From Planctomycetota bacterium (lineage in GTDB: Bacteria; Planctomycetota; UBA8108; SXIK01), in the NCBI GenBank assembly GCA_965223845.1, contig CBDCXR010000004.1, positions 7,136,001 through 7,200,000 on the forward strand: a stretch of DNA of 64,000 bases. The letters are read 5' to 3'. This document shows positions 38,811 to 48,458 of this stretch, piece by piece (the stretch's first letter is position 1; the number at the start of each line of letters is the position of its first letter). Below the pieces are notes generated by a model. It made no database searches. It saw only the letters and a program-made list of their open reading frames with translations, and had not been told where the DNA came from. A program made the translations under genes and the position numbers.

Positions 38811-38847
38811 AGCGTTGCACGCATGCGAGAATTGAAGAGGCAGACGG

Positions 38848-41800
38848 TTGGCTAGCACGCCGAGCGACAAGTCCGCGAAGAAGAAGTCAAAGAAGAAGAC
38901 TTCGACCGGAACGAAGAAGAAGACGTCCAAGTCCGCGGCGACAAAGACGACGAAGTCGACATCGAAAAAGAAGAAGACGACGAAGAAGAAGGTAGCCAAG
39001 AAGACGGCGAAGAAGACGACCAAAAGGTCGGCATCGTCGTCGAGCCCGGCGTCTTCAAAGGCTAAGTCGTCGAAGAACGGGTCCGCGGCGACCGGTGCGA
39101 ACCCGAGCGACGCGCCCACGCCGCCGGAGGTCGCGGAGGGACGGGCCGCGCCGAGGCGATCGGGTGCTCGAAACGCCGGCGCGAACACCGCGCGAGACGA
39201 TGCGAGGTCGCGCTCCGGTGCACGGCCGGCTGCGCGCCGAACCGCAGACGCTAGACCCCGGACGAGTGACGCCGGGGACGCGCCCTCGTCCGGCTCGACT
39301 CGCTCGCCGCGCGATGTCGAGTCCTCGACGACCGTCGAGACGAGGAGCGCTCCTCCCGGCGACGCTCCCTCGCGGCGGGACTCTCGCTATCGCGGCCGAC
39401 GCGGTGAGCCGAGTGGGGGTTCGAACAATGGACGCGCGCCGAATCGTGGACCGCAGAGACGCCCGGCGTCCGGCCCGGGGGGACGCCGAGGTGGGAGGAG
39501 GCGCCCGCCCGGACAGCACGAGGCGCGGCGAGGTGCGTCTCCCGAAGGTGATCTCAACGGGCGCCGCGACGGTTCACCCGCTCGAACTCACTCCTCTCGA
39601 ACCGGGCCGAGCGCTCATCCTCAGCGCGGACGCGGTCCGCGACGTCGTCCCCATCCGCAGCGTTCGCCGCGCCGCCAGCACGGACATCGGGGCGCGCGCG
39701 GCCCGCGACTTCCGGATGGCCCGGCCGGTCTCGTCTACGTCGTCGACGCGAGCGCTCCGATCGGCTCGACCGGAGTCCTCCGCGTCTACTACCGTCAGCC
39801 GAGAGCGGGCGGCGGAGACGCGGGCCGCGGCTCGAAGCAGCAGCGACGGCGCACGGCGTCGTTGACGCCGCTCACCATCGATCGCCAGCTCAGTCGCCAC
39901 GCGAAGCACCCCCTCGACCACCGGATCACCGGCCTTCTTCTCCGCCTCCCGAGGCAGTCGAAGAGCGCGGCGCGCAAGAAGACGCGAGGCCCGCAGAGAA
40001 AAAAGGCTCGCACCAAAATCGTACCGGGAAGCGCCGTGACGGTGACGGAGAAGGCCTGGCGCACCCTGATGCCGTGGTTGCTCGAAACGAAGCGGTTCTT
40101 TCTGCTCCAGCCGGGGAGCCAGCAGCGCGCAGTCCCGGTCATCGAAGAGGAGCTCGTTCCGCTTCAGTTCCATCTTCTCCTCGAGCGCATCAAGAAGCGC
40201 GGCGACTTCCATCTCACCTGCCGCTTTGTGCGCGGTAACAAGACGCTTCTCTACAAGTCGCAAGTGCTCCTCATCACGGACGGCGAAGAGGGCATGTTGC
40301 TCCGGCGGTCGGGTCGTATCAGCAAGGTTCAGTTCGACGGCTCGGTCGCGTGGCTGAAGGCGCTTCGTCGCGGACGATTTCGCCACGTTCCGAAGCGCAA
40401 GATCGCCTCGCTCCTCAAGATCTTCGAGCGATCGACGACGCTGCCGATGGTGCACTTTCCGTCGGTGCTGCGCGTGAAGCCGATCGAGGGCGTCGAGCCG
40501 CGGCCCGAGCTCAAGCTCGATAGCGGCACGCAGGAAGTCGACGCGGAGGTGACCTTTCGCTACGGCGAAAACCTCGTGCGTGCCGCGCGTCCGGGGAAGC
40601 GGTTCTTCTCTCTCAAGCAGCGATGTCTCGTCGTACGCAACCTCGACGCCGAAGGCGCCCGCGCGGTCGAGCTCCTCCAGGCCGGCTTTACGTACGACAA
40701 CAACAAACACTCGTTCGGCCTCTCGGCGGATCTCCTCGTGACCGCGGCCCCCGCGCTGTTCGAGCTCGGGTGGACTCTGCACGGAAAGCGGATGCCGTTC
40801 CGTCCTCCGACCGGGATGGACGTCGACGTTACGACCGGACCCGACTACATCGATGTCGATGTGACGGTGAGGTTCGGCGACCAGAAGATCAAGGTGCCGC
40901 AGCTCCTCGAAGCGATGCGAGAGGGAAACCGGATGATTGTCCTCAAGCAGGGCGTCGTCGGTGTGCTCCCATCCGATTGGATCGAAAAGAATGCGGCGTG
41001 GATGGAGCTCGGTCAGCTCCACGGCGACAAGCTGAGACTTCGCCGCAACCAATCGTCGATGATCGACGCGCTCGTCGAAGAGAACATCAAGGCGCGGCTC
41101 GATCAGGGGTTCAGCTTCGAGAAGAATCGGCTCGAGGGATTCGAGGGCGTCGAGGAGTGCGACCCCACCGACGATTTCTGCGGCGAGCTGCGCGCCTACC
41201 AGCGATTCGGTCTCGGTTGGCTCCGCTTCCTCGACCGGATGGCGTGGGGCGGGTGTCTCGCCGACGATATGGGACTCGGAAAGACCGTGCAGGCCCTCGC
41301 GCTTCTCCAGCTCCACAAGGCGGACGGCCGCGAGGGGACGACGCTCGTCGTCGCGCCGAAATCGCTGATCTTCAACTGGGAGCGCGAGGCGAAGAAGTTC
41401 ACTCCGGATCTGCGCTGTGCGAGCTACCACGGTCCGAAGCGCGCGCAGCTCCTCGAATCGATCGAGGACTACGATCTCCTCTTCACGACCTACGGCACGG
41501 TACGCCAGGACGTCGAGATCCTCTCGCAGCAACAGTTCTTCTACGTGATCCTCGACGAAGCGCAGGCGATTAAGAACGTCGACTCGCAGAACTCGAAGTC
41601 GGCGCGACTCCTCAACGCCGAGCGGCGTCTGATTCTCAGTGGAACGCCGGTCGAGAACCACCTCGGCGAGCTCTGGTCGCTGTTCGATTTCATCAATCCC
41701 GGCATGCTCGGAACCTACGCCGCATTCAAGCGTCGATTCGGCGGGGAGCGCGGCGTCGACTCGGGCAGTCTCGCATTTCTCCGGCGGACGCTCCGGCCGT

Positions 41801-42564
41801 TTATCCTCCGGCGAAAGAAGGAGGAGGTCGCACCGGATCTGCCTCCGCGCTTCGAAGAGACGATCCTCTGCGAGATGGAATCGGAGCAGAAGAAGATCTA
41901 CCGCGAGCTGAAGGAGCGATGTCGAAACTCCGTGCTCGCGCAGGTCAAGGCGAAGGGGATGGCGCGGTCGAAGCTCCACATCCTCGAAGCGCTCCTCCGT
42001 CTCCGCCAGGCCGCTTGCCACCCGGCGCTCATCGACGAAAAGCACGGCGGCGCGGCGTCCGGCAAGATGACCGCCCTTCTCGGCATGCTCGAACAGGTCG
42101 AGGACGAAGGGCACAAGGTGCTCATCTTCTCGCAGTTCACCTCACTCCTCGCGCTCGTCCGAGAGCAGCTTGACGCGGCGGGGCAGGTGTACGAGTACCT
42201 CGACGGTCAGACGCGCGACCGCGCGGAACGCGTCGATCGCTTCCAGAACGATGATTCCTGCCGCGTGTTCCTGATCAGCCTCAAGGCGGGCGGCGTCGGA
42301 CTCAATCTCACCGCGGCGGACTACGTCTTCATTCTCGATCCGTGGTGGAACCCAGCCGTCGAAGCGCAGGCGATCGACCGGGCCCATCGCATTGGGCAAG
42401 ACAAGAAAGTCTTCGCGTACCGCTTCGTCTCCGAGTCGACGATCGAGGAGCGCATCGCCCAGATGCAGGAGTCGAAGCGAAAGCTCGCGGATGCGATCGT
42501 GAGTGCGGACGAGAACATCATGCGCGACATGACGAAAGAGGATCTCGAGGTCCTCTTCAGCTAG
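38848..42564 (+). CDS. SNF2-family (SWI2/SNF2) ATPase with Lys-rich H1-like and Arg/Gly/Pro-rich disordered N-terminus
   Basis: LRAYQ, LADDMGLGKT, DEAQ, LSGTPVEN, LRLRQ, FSQF, SLKAGGVGLNLT, DPWWNPAVE-QA-DRAHRIGQ. N-terminal KKKSKKKT...KKVAKKTAKKTTK. Confidence 0.93.
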   Translation: MASTPSDKSAKKKSKKKTSTGTKKKTSKSAATKTTKSTSKKKKTTKKKVAKKTAKKTTKRSASSSSPASSKAKSSKNGSAATGANPSDAPTPPEVAEGRAAPRRSGARNAGANTARDDARSRSGARPAARRTADARPRTSDAGDAPSSGSTRSPRDVESSTTVETRSAPPGDAPSRRDSRYRGRRGEPSGGSNNGRAPNRGPQRRPASGPGGRRGGRRRPPGQHEARRGASPEGDLNGRRDGSPARTHSSRTGPSAHPQRGRGPRRRPHPQRSPRRQHGHRGARGPRLPDGPAGLVYVVDASAPIGSTGVLRVYYRQPRAGGGDAGRGSKQQRRRTASLTPLTIDRQLSRHAKHPLDHRITGLLLRLPRQSKSAARKKTRGPQRKKARTKIVPGSAVTVTEKAWRTLMPWLLETKRFFLLQPGSQQRAVPVIEEELVPLQFHLLLERIKKRGDFHLTCRFVRGNKTLLYKSQVLLITDGEEGMLLRRSGRISKVQFDGSVAWLKALRRGRFRHVPKRKIASLLKIFERSTTLPMVHFPSVLRVKPIEGVEPRPELKLDSGTQEVDAEVTFRYGENLVRAARPGKRFFSLKQRCLVVRNLDAEGARAVELLQAGFTYDNNKHSFGLSADLLVTAAPALFELGWTLHGKRMPFRPPTGMDVDVTTGPDYIDVDVTVRFGDQKIKVPQLLEAMREGNRMIVLKQGVVGVLPSDWIEKNAAWMELGQLHGDKLRLRRNQSSMIDALVEENIKARLDQGFSFEKNRLEGFEGVEECDPTDDFCGELRAYQRFGLGWLRFLDRMAWGGCLADDMGLGKTVQALALLQLHKADGREGTTLVVAPKSLIFNWEREAKKFTPDLRCASYHGPKRAQLLESIEDYDLLFTTYGTVRQDVEILSQQQFFYVILDEAQAIKNVDSQNSKSARLLNAERRLILSGTPVENHLGELWSLFDFINPGMLGTYAAFKRRFGGERGVDSGSLAFLRRTLRPFILRRKKEEVAPDLPPRFEETILCEMESEQKKIYRELKERCRNSVLAQVKAKGMARSKLHILEALLRLRQAACHPALIDEKHGGAASGKMTALLGMLEQVEDEGHKVLIFSQFTSLLALVREQLDAAGQVYEYLDGQTRDRAERVDRFQNDDSCRVFLISLKAGGVGLNLTAADYVFILDPWWNPAVEAQAIDRAHRIGQDKKVFAYRFVSESTIEERIAQMQESKRKLADAIVSADENIMRDMTKEDLEVLFS

Positions 42565-42671
42565 ATCCGTCGCGAGCGGCTTCGCGAGCCCCGCTCGACG
42601 GATTCACACGCGAAAGCGAGCGTTTGGCTCGATTCGATCCGCAGTGCGCGATTCCCTAGCGGCGCTGCCGA

Positions 42672-43151
42672 TCAGTGGGGCGGGGCCGCACCCCGCGACC
42701 ACCGGCGCCACGGCAGGAGCACACCGCTCTCCGCCCACCCGAGCTCGCCTCGGACCTCGAGGATGACGCGCACCGTCTTTCCCCCGTAGTCGCCGATCAG
42801 CTCTCGGCAACTGCCGCAGGGAGGGAGCACGAAGAGGCGTCCGTTGTGCTCTCTCGGTTTCGGATGGCGGATCGCGACGCACCCGACGATCGAGTCTTCG
42901 CCCGCCGTCATCGCCCGCCCGATGGCCACTTTTTCGGCACACACGGCGGGCTCGCCGATCACCCCCTGCAAGTGAACGCCGGCGTAGATGGCCCCCGTTC
43001 CGCCGCGGACGGCCGCGCCGACGTGGTGACGCCCCTCAGCGAAGCGGTGGGTAATGATCTCGGCGGCGGAGTCGTAGAGTTCCCGATCCACCGGCTCGAG
43101 CGGGAGGAGTGCCGGGAGTTCGAGCGCGCCAGGAAGGTGCGAGTCGGACAT
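42672..43151 (-). CDS. Cytidine deaminase / blasticidin-S deaminase-like protein
   Basis: HHVGAA, VCAE, PPCGSCRELI (three-Cys zinc site). Confidence 0.85.
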   Translation of the reverse strand: MSDSHLPGALELPALLPLEPVDRELYDSAAEIITHRFAEGRHHVGAAVRGGTGAIYAGVHLQGVIGEPAVCAEKVAIGRAMTAGEDSIVGCVAIRHPKPREHNGRLFVLPPCGSCRELIGDYGGKTVRVILEVRGELGWAESGVLLPWRRWSRGAAPPH

Positions 43152-43247
43152 GAGGTAGAGACGAGAGGGAAGTGTGGGGTCCCGAGTTATCGGCGGCGCT
43201 CGCCTAGCGGGCCCGGTTCCTTCTATCGTCCGAAGCGGCGTCCGTCC

Positions 43248-44348
43248 TCAGCCGCTCGAGCGACCGAGCGGGTGACGGCGTTCGGCGAGTGGAAGCCGAA
43301 CGGGCGCGTCCGCCCGGTGAGACGCGTACGTCGCGAGAATCATCTCGAGGGCGGCGCGTCCGTCGTAGACGCTGCCGCGAGGTCTCCGCCCGTCCTCGAT
43401 CGATGCGATGAGATCCTTCGCGATGAGAACGTTTCCCATGTGGAGCCCGCCGTCGGCGAGCGGCTCGGGGGCTCCGAGCCCCGCGCTCGTGATCGGGATC
43501 CACTCCGCGCCGCTCCGCCCTGGCGACCACGAGGGATCCTCGATGAAGTGCGCGGCCGGGAGGCTTCCCGTGCGGAGAGTGACCGCGCCGCGGCTGCCAA
43601 GAATGTGAAGGCCGAAGCGCTGCGCTGCGCCGTGCCTTGCGCGATGCGTCGAAAAGGTCGCGACCGTCGGACTCTGAAAGCGGTAGAGCGCGTGGATCTC
43701 ATCCCCGGCGAGGGGACCGATTCCTTCGGCGCCGTCGCGCACCTCGTTTGGCGTGACAGGCTTTCCGTTTTCCAGCACGTGGGCGAAGCACGATACGGGA
43801 TCTCCCGCGAAGAGTCGCATGAGATCCATGATGTGCGTTCCGAGCACCATGAGATCTTCGCCGCCGCCGCGGCGGTCTTCCTTTCCGCGTCCGCGCAGCT
43901 CGAGGATGTCTCCGAGACGCCCCGCACGGATGAGCGCTTCGATTTGAGCGACGCGCGGGCTGTAGCGCGTCTGGTGGCAGATCGCGAGTTGAACGTGCGC
44001 GCGCTCGCAGGCATCGACCATCTCATCCGCCTCTTCGAGATTCCGGCACATCGGCTTCTCGAGAAGCACGTGGCACCCGTAGCTCACGGCGGCGAGCACC
44101 ATGTCGCGATGGCAATCGAGCCAGCGGGGAGCGACGCTCACGATCTGCGGTCGCTCCTTGTCGAGCATCTCGCGATAGTCCGCGTACGCGCGCGGGGCGC
44201 CGGTCCGCTGAGCGGCCGCGGCGCGACCCGCGTCGTTTTCGTCCGCAACGGCGACGACCGTCGTCCTCGGGACGTCCCTCCAAACGGTGTCCAGTCCGTG
44301 CCCGTAGTTCCCTCGCCCGGTTCTGCCGATGATCGCGACCTTGTACAT
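43248..44348 (-). CDS. Gfo/Idh/MocA family oxidoreductase
   Basis: VAIIGRTGRGNYGHG, LLEKP, GKEDRRGGGEDLMVLGTH. Confidence 0.9.
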   Translation of the reverse strand: MYKVAIIGRTGRGNYGHGLDTVWRDVPRTTVVAVADENDAGRAAAAQRTGAPRAYADYREMLDKERPQIVSVAPRWLDCHRDMVLAAVSYGCHVLLEKPMCRNLEEADEMVDACERAHVQLAICHQTRYSPRVAQIEALIRAGRLGDILELRGRGKEDRRGGGEDLMVLGTHIMDLMRLFAGDPVSCFAHVLENGKPVTPNEVRDGAEGIGPLAGDEIHALYRFQSPTVATFSTHRARHGAAQRFGLHILGSRGAVTLRTGSLPAAHFIEDPSWSPGRSGAEWIPITSAGLGAPEPLADGGLHMGNVLIAKDLIASIEDGRRPRGSVYDGRAALEMILATYASHRADAPVRLPLAERRHPLGRSSG

Positions 44349-44470
44349 CGAGCGGATCCCTCGTCTTGCCGCCAGGAGTTTCAAGCCTAGGGGAGACATT
44401 GTAGCCCGAGTCCCGCGAGCGCCGGAGTCGCCGTTCAATCGAGCGTCGCCCCCGAGTATCCTCATTAGCG

Positions 44471-44911
44471 ATGCAGGACTCTCCCGAACTTCCCCAGCTC
44501 ATCGCCAGCGTCGAGCGGTTTCTCCGCGAAGAGTGGCTTCCGCGCGCAGCGGATGCACGCAGTCGATTTCGGCTCCTCGTCGCCATGCACGTCCTCGGCG
44601 TGGCCGCGCGGGAGGCGACTCTCGGAGCGGAGCTCGATGCACGCGAGCTCGAGCGACTCTCTCGTCTCGTCGGCGGTGAACGCGACGGGGACGACGAGGC
44701 GAGCGGTGCCGCGTCGACGGACGCCGATCGATTGCGCGCACTGAACGATCAGCTAGTGACGGACATCCGCGAGGGACGCGTCGCCGCCCGGCCGGGAACG
44801 GAGGCCTGGGCTCACCTCAAAGCGACTGCGATCGAGAAGCTTCGCATCGCGAATCCCGCATATCTCGCTCGGGTCGGCGTCGACCCCGAGGCCCGCGGAG
44901 ACACGAGATGA
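44471..44911 (+). CDS. DUF6285 / LvaB-like small helical protein (phosphotransferase partner)
   Basis: MQDSP...VERFL-E..P....F...VA...L...RE and C-terminal HL....EKLRIANP-Y pattern. Confidence 0.75.
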   Translation: MQDSPELPQLIASVERFLREEWLPRAADARSRFRLLVAMHVLGVAAREATLGAELDARELERLSRLVGGERDGDDEASGAASTDADRLRALNDQLVTDIREGRVAARPGTEAWAHLKATAIEKLRIANPAYLARVGVDPEARGDTR

Positions 44912-46923
44912 CCGCGTCCGATCAAGGACTCGAGTCGCTCATGCGCGCGGACGAGTCGATCTTCGTCCTGAGAACGCACGCGCCGGGGCCGCGCGGCTCG
45001 CTCCCGCTCGACGCTCGGCTCCTTCGCGAGAGCCCGAGCGGCGATCTGTTCGCGCTTACGCAGAACGCCGGCATGGGTTGGAATCCGGCCGAGGTGCTCC
45101 GCGATCCGTTCCTCATTCTGAGCACGAAGGGGGGAATCCGCGAGGCCGACGGGCGTCCGATCGCCCTCGGCTACCACACCGGTCACTGGGAGGTCGGTCT
45201 CCTCGCGGAGGCGGCGGCGCGAGAGCTGCGCGCGCTCGGACGCCTACCTCACGCCGCGTTCGTCAGCGATCCCTGCGATGGCCGCTCGCAAGGGACGACC
45301 GCGATGATGGACAGCCTCGCGTACCGAAACGACGCGGCGATCGTACTGCGCCGATTGATTCGTTCGCTCCCGACGGCGCGCGGCGTGCTCGGCATCGCGA
45401 CGTGCGACAAAGGTCTCCCGGCGATGATGCTCGCGATCGCGGGCGAAGGTCGGCTGCCCGGGGTGATCGTGCCGGGCGGTGTAACGCTGCCGCCCACCGA
45501 CGGTGAGGATGCAGGCCGCGTGCAGTCTCTCGGCGCGCGTTTCGCGCACGGTGAGGTCAGCCTCGAGGAGGCCGCCGCGCTCGCCTGCCGCGCGTGCGGG
45601 TCACCGGGCGGAGGCTGTCAGTTCCTAGGAACGGCGGCGACGTCGCAGGTCATCGCCGAGGCGCTCGGTCTCAGCGTTCCGCACTCGGCGCTCGCTCCGT
45701 CGGGGGAGTCGGTGTGGCTCGACGTCGCACGGCGCTCGGCGATCGCGCTCGCTCGCGCGAGCGAGCGCGGGGCGACGACGGCCGACGTTCTCACCGAGTC
45801 GGCGCTCCGCAATGCCATGGCCGTCCACGCGGCCTTCGGCGGCTCGACAAACTTGCTTCTCCACATCCCCGCGATCGCGCACGCCGCTGGTCTTCACCGT
45901 CCGGACGTTCGCGAATGGACGCGCGTCAATCAAGCCGTGCCGCGTCTCGTCGACGTCCTTCCGAACGGTCCCGTCGGCCATCCGACCGTTCGCGTTTTTC
46001 TCGCCGGCGGCGTGCCCGAGGTGATGCTGCACCTTCGCGCGCTCGGACTTCTCGACCTCGAAGCGAAGACCGTGACCGGTGCGAGCGTCGGGGACGTCCT
46101 CGCCTGGTGGGAAGCGAGTGAACGACGCGAGCGCTTCCGCGCGCTCCTGTCGTCCGCCGACGGCGTCGATCCCGACGGCGTGATCTTGGCGCCCGAGCGA
46201 GCGCGCGTCGCGGGACTGACGAGCACCGTGACTTTTCCGATGGGGAACCTCGCTCCCGAAGGCTCGGTGATCAAGAGCACGGCGATCGACCCGAGCCTCG
46301 TCGACGAGGACGGCGTTTACCGCAAGGTCGGCCCGGCGCGAGTTTTCGTGAGCGAGCGCGCCGCGATCGAAGCGATCAAGTCGTCCGGCGCCGATCGAGT
46401 TCGGCCCGGGGACGTCCTCGCCCTCATCGGCCGCGGACCGATAGGCGCCGGGATGGAGGAGATCTACCAGATCACCGCGGCGCTCCGGTATCTCAGCTTC
46501 GGGAAGGAGATCGCTGTCATCACGGACGCGCGCTTCTCCGGCGTGTCGACCGGCGCCTGCGTCGGCCACGTCGGGCCCGAGGCTCTCGCCGGTGGACCGA
46601 TCGGGAAGCTACACGACGGCGACCGGATCCGCATCGCGATTGATTGCGGTCGGCTCGAGGGGCGCGTCGACTTCATCGGCGACGCTGAATCCGGGGAATT
46701 GAGTCCCGAAGACGGAGCGCGAGTGCTCGCGTCTCGACCGCCGCGCGACGATCTCGTTCCCGATTCGAGTCTTCCCGCCGACACGCGGCTCTGGGCGGTG
46801 CTCCAGGACGCGAGCGGCGGAACGTGGGGCGGATGTGTCTACGATGTGGACGCGATCATCGATGCGCTCGGGTCTTCCAAGAAAGAGATTCACACGAAGG
46901 GCGCGGACGAAACGCGGAATTGA
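44908..46923 (+). CDS. YjhG/YagF family D-xylonate dehydratase (IlvD/Edd superfamily)
   Basis: [65 protein letters not shown] overlap with the upstream gene. Confidence 0.93.
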   Translation: MTASDQGLESLMRADESIFVLRTHAPGPRGSLPLDARLLRESPSGDLFALTQNAGMGWNPAEVLRDPFLILSTKGGIREADGRPIALGYHTGHWEVGLLAEAAARELRALGRLPHAAFVSDPCDGRSQGTTAMMDSLAYRNDAAIVLRRLIRSLPTARGVLGIATCDKGLPAMMLAIAGEGRLPGVIVPGGVTLPPTDGEDAGRVQSLGARFAHGEVSLEEAAALACRACGSPGGGCQFLGTAATSQVIAEALGLSVPHSALAPSGESVWLDVARRSAIALARASERGATTADVLTESALRNAMAVHAAFGGSTNLLLHIPAIAHAAGLHRPDVREWTRVNQAVPRLVDVLPNGPVGHPTVRVFLAGGVPEVMLHLRALGLLDLEAKTVTGASVGDVLAWWEASERRERFRALLSSADGVDPDGVILAPERARVAGLTSTVTFPMGNLAPEGSVIKSTAIDPSLVDEDGVYRKVGPARVFVSERAAIEAIKSSGADRVRPGDVLALIGRGPIGAGMEEIYQITAALRYLSFGKEIAVITDARFSGVSTGACVGHVGPEALAGGPIGKLHDGDRIRIAIDCGRLEGRVDFIGDAESGELSPEDGARVLASRPPRDDLVPDSSLPADTRLWAVLQDASGGTWGGCVYDVDAIIDALGSSKKEIHTKGADETRN

Positions 46924-47090
46924 GAACGAAAGAGCCGACGAGAACGCCGCGCTGAGTCTACCCGCGCAGCGGTCGGCCGAGGGGCGGAGCATCGACTCCC
47001 GTCCATGGTTCGGCTTGAAGAATCGGGAACGGACTGCGAACACCGACTCGCGAAGCGACCCTCACTCGCATCGAACGAGGATGGAGACTC

Positions 47091-48434
47091 ATGAACCGAC
47101 GATCGTTTCTGCACCAGATGACGACGGGAGCTGCGCTCGCCGGAGCGGCGTGGGGCGGCTCGAACACTCTTCGCGCGGCTCAGGCGCCGGAGCCGGACCC
47201 TCCGACCTCTGATCCGCTCCGCATCACTCGCGTGCGTGCGTTCCTCACCGCTCCGGGCGGCATCCGCCTCGTGGTCGTCCGCGTGGAGACGAGCGAGCCG
47301 GGGCTCTACGGACTCGGCTGCGGCACGTTCACCCAGCGCGCGCGCACGGTCGTCACCGCGGTCAACGACTACCTCGACCCTTTCCTCCGCGGGAAAAACC
47401 CGAACCACGTCGAGGATCTGTGGCAGGCGATGTTTCAGAGCTCGTACTGGAGAAACGGACCGGTCCTCATGAACGCGCTGAGCGGCGTCGACATGGCGCT
47501 CTGGGATATCAAGGGCAAGCGCGCGGGGATGCCGGTCTACGAGCTGCTCGGCGGGAAGTGCCGCGTCGGCGTGCCGGTCTACCGTCACGTCCACGCCGCG
47601 TCGCCCGAGGCCGCCGCCGACGGCGTTCGTCGCTTCATGGCGAAGGGTGTGCGGCACGTCCGCGTTCAGTTCAGCATCCCCGGGCAAGCCGCGTACGGTG
47701 CGCGCGGGAGCTCGGCCCGTGCGGGAAACGGACACTTCGCCGGCAATCGGTTCGAGCCCCGCAGCTACCGCTTGCTGATTCCGAAGTACTTCGCGCGACT
47801 CCGAGAGATCCTCGGCGACGAAATCGCTCTGCTCCACGATGTGCACGAGCGATTGCACCCGATTCAGGGAATCGGCCTCGCGAAGGACTTGGAGCCGTAC
47901 CATCTGTTCTTTCTCGAGGATCCGGTGGCACCGGAGGACGTCGACTATCTGCCGAAGCTGCGCGAGCAGACGTCGACACCGATCGCGATGGGTGAGCTCT
48001 TCAACAATCCGAACGAGTGGCTGAACATCATCTCGAGCCGGAGCATCGATTTCATCCGCTGCCATCTCTCGCAGATCGGCGGGATCACCGTCGGCAAGAA
48101 GCTCGCGGCGCTGTGTGAGTTCTTCCGCGTACGAACGGCGTGGCACGGGCCGGGAGATCTGACGCCGATCGGACACGCCGCCAATCTCCACCTCGACACC
48201 GCGATCTGGAATTTCGGCATCCAGGAGCTCGTCGATTTCAATGACGCGACGCACGAGGTCTTTCCTGGCGCGCCGCGGATGGGCGCGGGAATCGTCGAGC
48301 TCAGTGATCGACCGGGATTCGGCGTCGACTTCAACGAAGCGCTCGCGGCGAAGCATCCCATCCGCGACGATCCGCCGTTCGACCTCCATTGGGGCCAACT
48401 TCGGGGTGCGGACGGGACGATTCGCCGACCTTAG
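47091..48434 (+). CDS. Enolase-superfamily sugar-acid dehydratase (mannonate dehydratase RspA/ManD-like) with TAT signal
   Basis: NRRSFL; SYWRNGP, DMALWDIKGK, LLHDVHER, FLEDP, MGEL, WHGPGD, IQE. Confidence 0.9.
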   Translation: MNRRSFLHQMTTGAALAGAAWGGSNTLRAAQAPEPDPPTSDPLRITRVRAFLTAPGGIRLVVVRVETSEPGLYGLGCGTFTQRARTVVTAVNDYLDPFLRGKNPNHVEDLWQAMFQSSYWRNGPVLMNALSGVDMALWDIKGKRAGMPVYELLGGKCRVGVPVYRHVHAASPEAAADGVRRFMAKGVRHVRVQFSIPGQAAYGARGSSARAGNGHFAGNRFEPRSYRLLIPKYFARLREILGDEIALLHDVHERLHPIQGIGLAKDLEPYHLFFLEDPVAPEDVDYLPKLREQTSTPIAMGELFNNPNEWLNIISSRSIDFIRCHLSQIGGITVGKKLAALCEFFRVRTAWHGPGDLTPIGHAANLHLDTAIWNFGIQELVDFNDATHEVFPGAPRMGAGIVELSDRPGFGVDFNEALAAKHPIRDDPPFDLHWGQLRGADGTIRRP

Positions 48435-48458
48435 CCGCCGCGTAATCGATGGGACGCG

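Noticed and set aside
39574-42114. Long antisense and alternate-frame ORFs (e.g. 39574-42114, 1800-3320, 26776-28545, 42675-44390)
   Set aside because: Shadow ORFs typical of high-GC DNA opposite well-supported genes; no family motifs.
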